From assembly GCF_001194135.2 (NCBI RefSeq), contig NC_068990.1:88365180-88429179 (forward strand): a stretch of DNA of 64,000 nt, written 5' to 3'. The notes beneath the pieces were generated by a model that saw only the letters and a list, made by a program, of their open reading frames with translations, was not told where the DNA came from and searched no databases. Made by a program: the position numbers and the translations under genes. The stretch is from Octopus bimaculoides. Its lineage: Eukaryota. Positions 63,612 to 64,000 of the stretch are shown piece after piece; positions within the stretch are counted from its first letter, which is position 1, and each line of letters begins with the position of its first letter.

Positions 63612-63906
63612 TGTGCGTGTGTGTTTGGGTGGACGAGTATAAAATATATTTCTTGTTTTTCTCTTTTTCCAGTCGCTGAAAAAAATTTGTTGCTTAAACA
63701 AGTTACCATACCAGAGAAGTATGTCTTTAGACGGTTTGGGGACATGACCATAAAGAGTTGTGATGGAGCTTGCCAGCAATATCAAGAATGTAGGTCTTAT
63801 AAGTACAATGTAAAAGATAAACTGTGTGCTTTGAGTGGTTTATCACACGTGACTAATAAAATTATACCTACCAGTAGCAGCTGGGTCATAAGAATGGTTT
63901 ACGCAG
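43..63906 (+). CDS. Multi-exon gene (or tandem gene cluster) encoding a repetitive extracellular protein built from PAN/apple(A)-Sushi/CCP(S)-PAN/apple(B) modules; no clear start or end in the window
   Basis: 32 exons located by hand, all AG..GT bounded, all phase 1-1, lengths multiples of 3, no internal stops. Junction codons in genomic order are sense. Summed length 6765 nt = 2255 codons. Whether they form one transcript is inference. Confidence 0.8.
961..1260 (+). mobile_element. Degenerate 3' end of an RTE-clade (BovB-like) LINE
   Basis: Hand translation with stops gives [40 protein letters not shown], resembling the RTE C-terminal RMxDxRIPKQLLFGEL...RFKDTLK segment. Boundaries approximate. 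Confidence 0.65.
1590..2480 (-). mobile_element. Degenerate RTE-clade LINE, endonuclease to N-terminal reverse transcriptase
   Basis: Minus ORF 1605-1865 [15 protein letters not shown]...[23 protein letters not shown]...[10 protein letters not shown] is the typical pre-RT segment. An APE motif MGDFNARIG reads on the minus strand at ~2262-2288. Confidence 0.8.
3390..3830 (-). mobile_element. RTE-type LINE 3' fragment / associated short repeat
   Basis: Minus [18 protein letters not shown]. Contains the recurrent ctacagctagatgcctttcctaatgccaaccact motif also seen at ~5400, 6390, 11700, 23570, 33500 and 52170. Confidence 0.7.
4244..4414 (+). CDS. Exon S1, Sushi/CCP domain
   Basis: cacttccag|ct acceptor, g|gtaatg donor, 171 nt; not in ORF track. 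[56 protein letters not shown]; 4 Cys plus Trp, CCP pattern. Confidence 0.9.
5146..5185. repeat. (TAT)n microsatellite; many (TA)n, (CA)n, (TAGA)n, (CT)n and (CCT)n tracts occur throughout introns
   Basis: Direct reading, e.g. (TA)n ~6040-6098 and ~16580-16640, (CCT)n ~13110-13147, (CT)n ~23220-23272, (TAGA)n ~23783-23835. Confidence 0.95.
6277..7075 (-). mobile_element. Well-preserved RTE-type LINE 3' end with (GAT)n tail, running into the assembly gap
   Basis: (cat)n at ~6277-6292 followed by the recurrent repeat. The minus strand next to the gap reads [41 protein letters not shown]. Confidence 0.75.
7076..7770. other. Assembly gap (N run); others at 4032-4041, 10400-10647, 50237-50278
   Basis: Runs of N in the sequence. 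Confidence 0.99.
9454..9687 (+). CDS. Exon A2, PAN/apple-like type A
   Basis: ttcttctag|cc, g|gtcagt, 234 nt. [77 protein letters not shown]. Confidence 0.9.
9750..10110 (+). mobile_element. RTE-type LINE 3' fragment just after exon A2
   Basis: gtgagacatgggctttgatcgcagaagacatgagaagactagagagaaatgaa ([17 protein letters not shown]). Homologous pieces at ~16900, 22250, 32985 and 50530. Confidence 0.7.
10891..11061 (+). CDS. Exon S2, Sushi/CCP domain
   Basis: catttccag|tt, g|gtaatg, 171 nt. [56 protein letters not shown]. Confidence 0.9.
11340..11800 (+). mobile_element. Recurrent RTE-associated 3' repeat with internal sub-repeats (aaaaagcacc units) and (GAT)n tail
   Basis: Repeated gcatgtaaaaagcacca units, then gttggcattaggaagggcattcagctgtagaaactctg and a gatgatgat tail. 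Confidence 0.65.
12623..12793 (+). CDS. Exon S3, Sushi/CCP domain (second of a doublet)
   Basis: ttcaattacag|at, g|gtaatg, 171 nt. [56 protein letters not shown]. Confidence 0.9.
13150..13500 (+). mobile_element. Mariner transposase C-terminal fragment
   Basis: [32 protein letters not shown] contains the mariner YSPDLAPxD catalytic-aspartate motif. Confidence 0.85.
14080..14316 (+). CDS. Exon B1, PAN/apple-like type B
   Basis: tgactctag|at, t|gtaatt, 237 nt. [78 protein letters not shown]; C-x3-C-x5-C-x11-C. Confidence 0.88.
14686..14886 (+). mobile_element. tRNA-derived SINE with (TA)n tail
   Basis: tggctatgtggtaag...gggttcagtcc A/B-box-like head, body ccaaagccttgtgagtggatttggtagatggaaac, TA tail. 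Reverse copies at ~27700-27870 and ~53745-53890. Confidence 0.75.
16238..16468 (+). CDS. Exon A3, PAN/apple-like type A
   Basis: ttttaccag|ct, g|gtcagc, 231 nt. [76 protein letters not shown]. Confidence 0.9.
17716..17886 (+). CDS. Exon S4, Sushi/CCP domain
   Basis: catttccag|tt, g|gtaagg, 171 nt. [56 protein letters not shown]. Confidence 0.9.
18330..18680 (+). mobile_element. RTE-type LINE fragment in the S4-B2 intron
   Basis: Reads approximately [11 protein letters not shown]...[26 protein letters not shown], an RTE post-RT segment also seen at ~22130 and ~50390. Confidence 0.65.
18778..19014 (+). CDS. Exon B2, PAN/apple-like type B
   Basis: caattccag|tt, t|gtaatt, 237 nt. [78 protein letters not shown]. 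Confidence 0.88.
21324..21557 (+). CDS. Exon A4, PAN/apple-like type A
   Basis: tttctctag|ca, g|gtcagt, 234 nt. [77 protein letters not shown]. Confidence 0.9.
22120..22630 (+). mobile_element. RTE-type LINE 3' fragment
   Basis: ORF-track peptides [14 protein letters not shown]...[10 protein letters not shown]...[10 protein letters not shown] and [17 protein letters not shown]...DGTCGKGR. Confidence 0.8.
24564..24734 (+). CDS. Exon S5, Sushi/CCP domain
   Basis: caattccag|at, g|gtaaca, 171 nt. [56 protein letters not shown]. Confidence 0.9.
26536..26772 (+). CDS. Exon B3, PAN/apple-like type B
   Basis: taactctag|at, t|gtaatt, 237 nt. [78 protein letters not shown]. Confidence 0.88.
27700..27870 (-). 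mobile_element. tRNA-derived SINE (reverse orientation)
   Basis: Reverse-complement homology to the 14686 element (aaggctttggttggccc...tagtagaaggcacttacccaaagtg...accatgtggttg). Confidence 0.7.
27981..28211 (+). CDS. Exon A5, PAN/apple-like type A
   Basis: tattttcag|ct, g|gtcagt, 231 nt. [76 protein letters not shown]. Confidence 0.9.
28486..28656 (+). CDS. Exon S6, Sushi/CCP domain
   Basis: tcactttag|tt, g|gtaatg, 171 nt; not in ORF track. [56 protein letters not shown]. Confidence 0.9.
30230..30466 (+). CDS. Exon B4, PAN/apple-like type B
   Basis: tgactctag|aa, t|gtaatt, 237 nt. [78 protein letters not shown]. Confidence 0.88.
30547..30960 (+). mobile_element. Mariner element terminal fragment with inverted-repeat end, inserted ~80 nt after exon B4
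   Basis: ta|cgagggtaggctgaaaagttcatag terminal sequence, similar to the end of the 43965 element (gaaggtcagctgaaaaattcatag), which carries a mariner transposase fragment. Confidence 0.6.
31330..31620 (-). mobile_element. RTE-type LINE endonuclease N-terminal fragment
   Basis: Minus [14 protein letters not shown]...[18 protein letters not shown] matches the APE endonuclease start (xNV...xQETRW). Confidence 0.75.
32631..32864 (+). CDS. Exon A6, PAN/apple-like type A
   Basis: ttcttccag|tc, g|gttagt, 234 nt. [77 protein letters not shown]. Confidence 0.9.
32960..34055. mobile_element. Two RTE-type 3' fragments (plus at ~32960-33350, minus at ~33385-34055) filling the A6-S7 intron
   Basis: Plus: [17 protein letters not shown]. 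Minus: [27 protein letters not shown]...[17 protein letters not shown]. Confidence 0.75.
34104..34274 (+). CDS. Exon S7, Sushi/CCP domain (first of a doublet)
   Basis: tatttccag|tt, g|gtaatg, 171 nt; not in ORF track. [56 protein letters not shown]. Confidence 0.9.
35798..35968 (+). CDS. Exon S8, Sushi/CCP domain (second of a doublet)
   Basis: caatttcag|tt, g|gtaaca, 171 nt. [56 protein letters not shown]. Confidence 0.9.
37125..37364 (+). CDS. Exon B5, PAN/apple-like type B
   Basis: taattccag|ac, t|gtaatt, 240 nt. [79 protein letters not shown]. Confidence 0.88.
38535..38765 (+). CDS. Exon A7, PAN/apple-like type A
   Basis: tcttttcag|ct, g|gtcagt, 231 nt. [76 protein letters not shown]. 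Confidence 0.9.
39586..39756 (+). CDS. Exon S9, Sushi/CCP domain
   Basis: cacttccag|tc, g|gtaatg, 171 nt; not in ORF track in this frame. [56 protein letters not shown]. Confidence 0.9.
40775..41011 (+). CDS. Exon B6, PAN/apple-like type B
   Basis: taattctag|tt, c|gtaatt, 237 nt. [78 protein letters not shown]. Confidence 0.88.
42920..43153 (+). CDS. Exon A8, PAN/apple-like type A
   Basis: cttttctag|cc, g|gtcagc, 234 nt. [77 protein letters not shown]. Confidence 0.9.
43965..44560 (-). mobile_element. Mariner transposase fragment with terminal inverted-repeat end
   Basis: Minus [18 protein letters not shown]...[22 protein letters not shown] contains mariner-like HQDN and YSPDL motifs. Confidence 0.85.
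45239..45412 (+). CDS. Exon S10, Sushi/CCP domain with a one-codon insertion
   Basis: aaattctag|tt, g|gtaatg, 174 nt; not in ORF track. [57 protein letters not shown]. The indel preserves frame. Confidence 0.9.
48136..48375 (+). CDS. Exon B7, PAN/apple-like type B
   Basis: taattccag|tt, t|gtaatt, 240 nt. [79 protein letters not shown]. Confidence 0.88.
49590..49810 (+). mobile_element. SINE (second family), ~110 nt upstream of exon A9
   Basis: caaaatgcttagtggcatt...cattctgagttcaaattcc...gtcaactttgctttcatc...gataaagtaaatacc. Older degenerate copies lie upstream of most B exons. Confidence 0.65.
49920..50153 (+). CDS. Exon A9, PAN/apple-like type A
   Basis: tttttccag|cc, g|gttagt, 234 nt. 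[77 protein letters not shown]. Confidence 0.9.
50350..50960 (+). mobile_element. RTE-type LINE fragments (3' segment followed by a pre-RT segment)
   Basis: [24 protein letters not shown] and [49 protein letters not shown] similar pre-RT piece lies at ~24090-24250. Confidence 0.85.
51162..51332 (+). CDS. Exon S11, Sushi/CCP domain
   Basis: cacttccag|tt, g|gtaatg, 171 nt; not in ORF track. [56 protein letters not shown]. Confidence 0.9.
52095..52310 (+). mobile_element. Apparently young copy of the RTE-associated 3' repeat with (GAT)n tail
   Basis: gcacccactacactctcggagtggttggcgttaggaagggcatccagccgtagaaactctgcc is a near reverse complement of the 6300-6460 copy; CpGs retained. Confidence 0.75.
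54767..55006 (+). CDS. Exon B8, PAN/apple-like type B
   Basis: taattctag|ct, c|gtaatt, 240 nt. [79 protein letters not shown]. Confidence 0.88.
55380..55900 (-). mobile_element. Degenerate Tc1/mariner-superfamily transposase fragment
   Basis: Minus strand reads [31 protein letters not shown]...KVWPASSP, matching FQQDxAPAH...WPxxSPD. Subfamily (maT-like) is a guess. Confidence 0.65.
56272..56505 (+). CDS. Exon A10, PAN/apple-like type A
   Basis: ttttttcag|cc, g|gtcagt, 234 nt. [77 protein letters not shown]. Confidence 0.9.
56515..56650 (+). repeat. Short tandem repeat of catcttatttatt(g/t) units directly after the A10 donor
   Basis: About six copies of (tt/gtg)catcttatttatt. Confidence 0.85.
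56670..58260 (-). mobile_element. piggyBac-family transposon remnant in the A10-S12 intron
   Basis: Minus strand: [48 protein letters not shown] (PGBD core) and [11 protein letters not shown]...[20 protein letters not shown] (C-terminal Cys-rich domain). ttaa|ccatttc at ~56670 resembles a TTAA target with a terminal repeat; the other end was not identified. Confidence 0.85.
58920..59090 (+). CDS. Exon S12, Sushi/CCP domain
   Basis: caattccag|gt, g|gtagta, 171 nt. [56 protein letters not shown]. Confidence 0.88.
60667..60909 (+). CDS. Exon B9, PAN/apple-like type B
   Basis: taacactag|at, g|gtaatt, 243 nt. [80 protein letters not shown]. Confidence 0.88.
61590..61785 (-). mobile_element. RTE-type reverse transcriptase fragment
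   Basis: Minus strand reads approximately [29 protein letters not shown]...HQG..LSPLLFI (frameshifted). Confidence 0.75.
63148..63480. repeat. ~330 nt compound (GTT/GCT)n trinucleotide tract in the B9-A11 intron
   Basis: Direct reading; produces the spurious poly-Leu ORF 63127-63549. Confidence 0.95.
63673..63906 (+). CDS. Exon A11, PAN/apple-like type A
   Basis: tttttccag|tc, g|gtcagt, 234 nt. [77 protein letters not shown]. Confidence 0.9.
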
Positions 63907-64000
63907 GTCAGTAGAGTGTTTCCACATTATTTATTGTGTGCGTGTCAGTGTGTATTTACATATTGTGTCTTTGCATATATGGGTATGTGTACTTATATAT

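Noticed and set aside
43-63906. Dscam-like mutually exclusive exon clusters
   Set aside because: Variants are interleaved A-S-B, not grouped as arrays of alternatives between constant exons.
43-63906. CRISPR array, prokaryotic operons, rRNA or tRNA genes
   Set aside because: The sequence is intron-containing eukaryotic DNA. No repeat-spacer array or complete tRNA/rRNA was seen; tRNA-like boxes belong to SINE heads.

Overview
AT-rich, microsatellite- and transposon-dense eukaryotic genomic DNA with four assembly gaps. The SINE, RTE-LINE and mariner repertoire resembles what I recall from octopus/coleoid cephalopod genomes; this is inference, not a database result. The main content is hidden from the ORF track. 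I found 32 short coding exons on the + strand in three recurring classes. Class A is a PAN/apple-like domain (231-234 nt, 11 copies). Class S is a compact Sushi/CCP domain (171-174 nt, 12 copies). Class B is a second PAN/apple-like domain (237-243 nt, 9 visible copies, a tenth probably lost in the 7076-7770 gap). Order: A S [gap] A S S B A S B A S B A S B A S S B A S B A S B A S B A S B A. Every exon has AG/GT boundaries in phase 1-1, a length divisible by 3, no stop codon and four conserved cysteines. Spliced in order they give 6765 nt (2255 codons) of open frame, with no convincing start exon or signal peptide in the window. The triplets form a higher-order repeat of four units (~22-25 kb). 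Introns keep recognisable unit-to-unit homology and carry RTE-LINE, SINE, mariner/Tc1 and piggyBac remnants. I do not recognise this (PAN-CCP-PAN)n architecture as a named gene. It may be one giant modular extracellular protein or a cluster of paralogues; two weak terminal-exon candidates lie in the first 12.2 kb.
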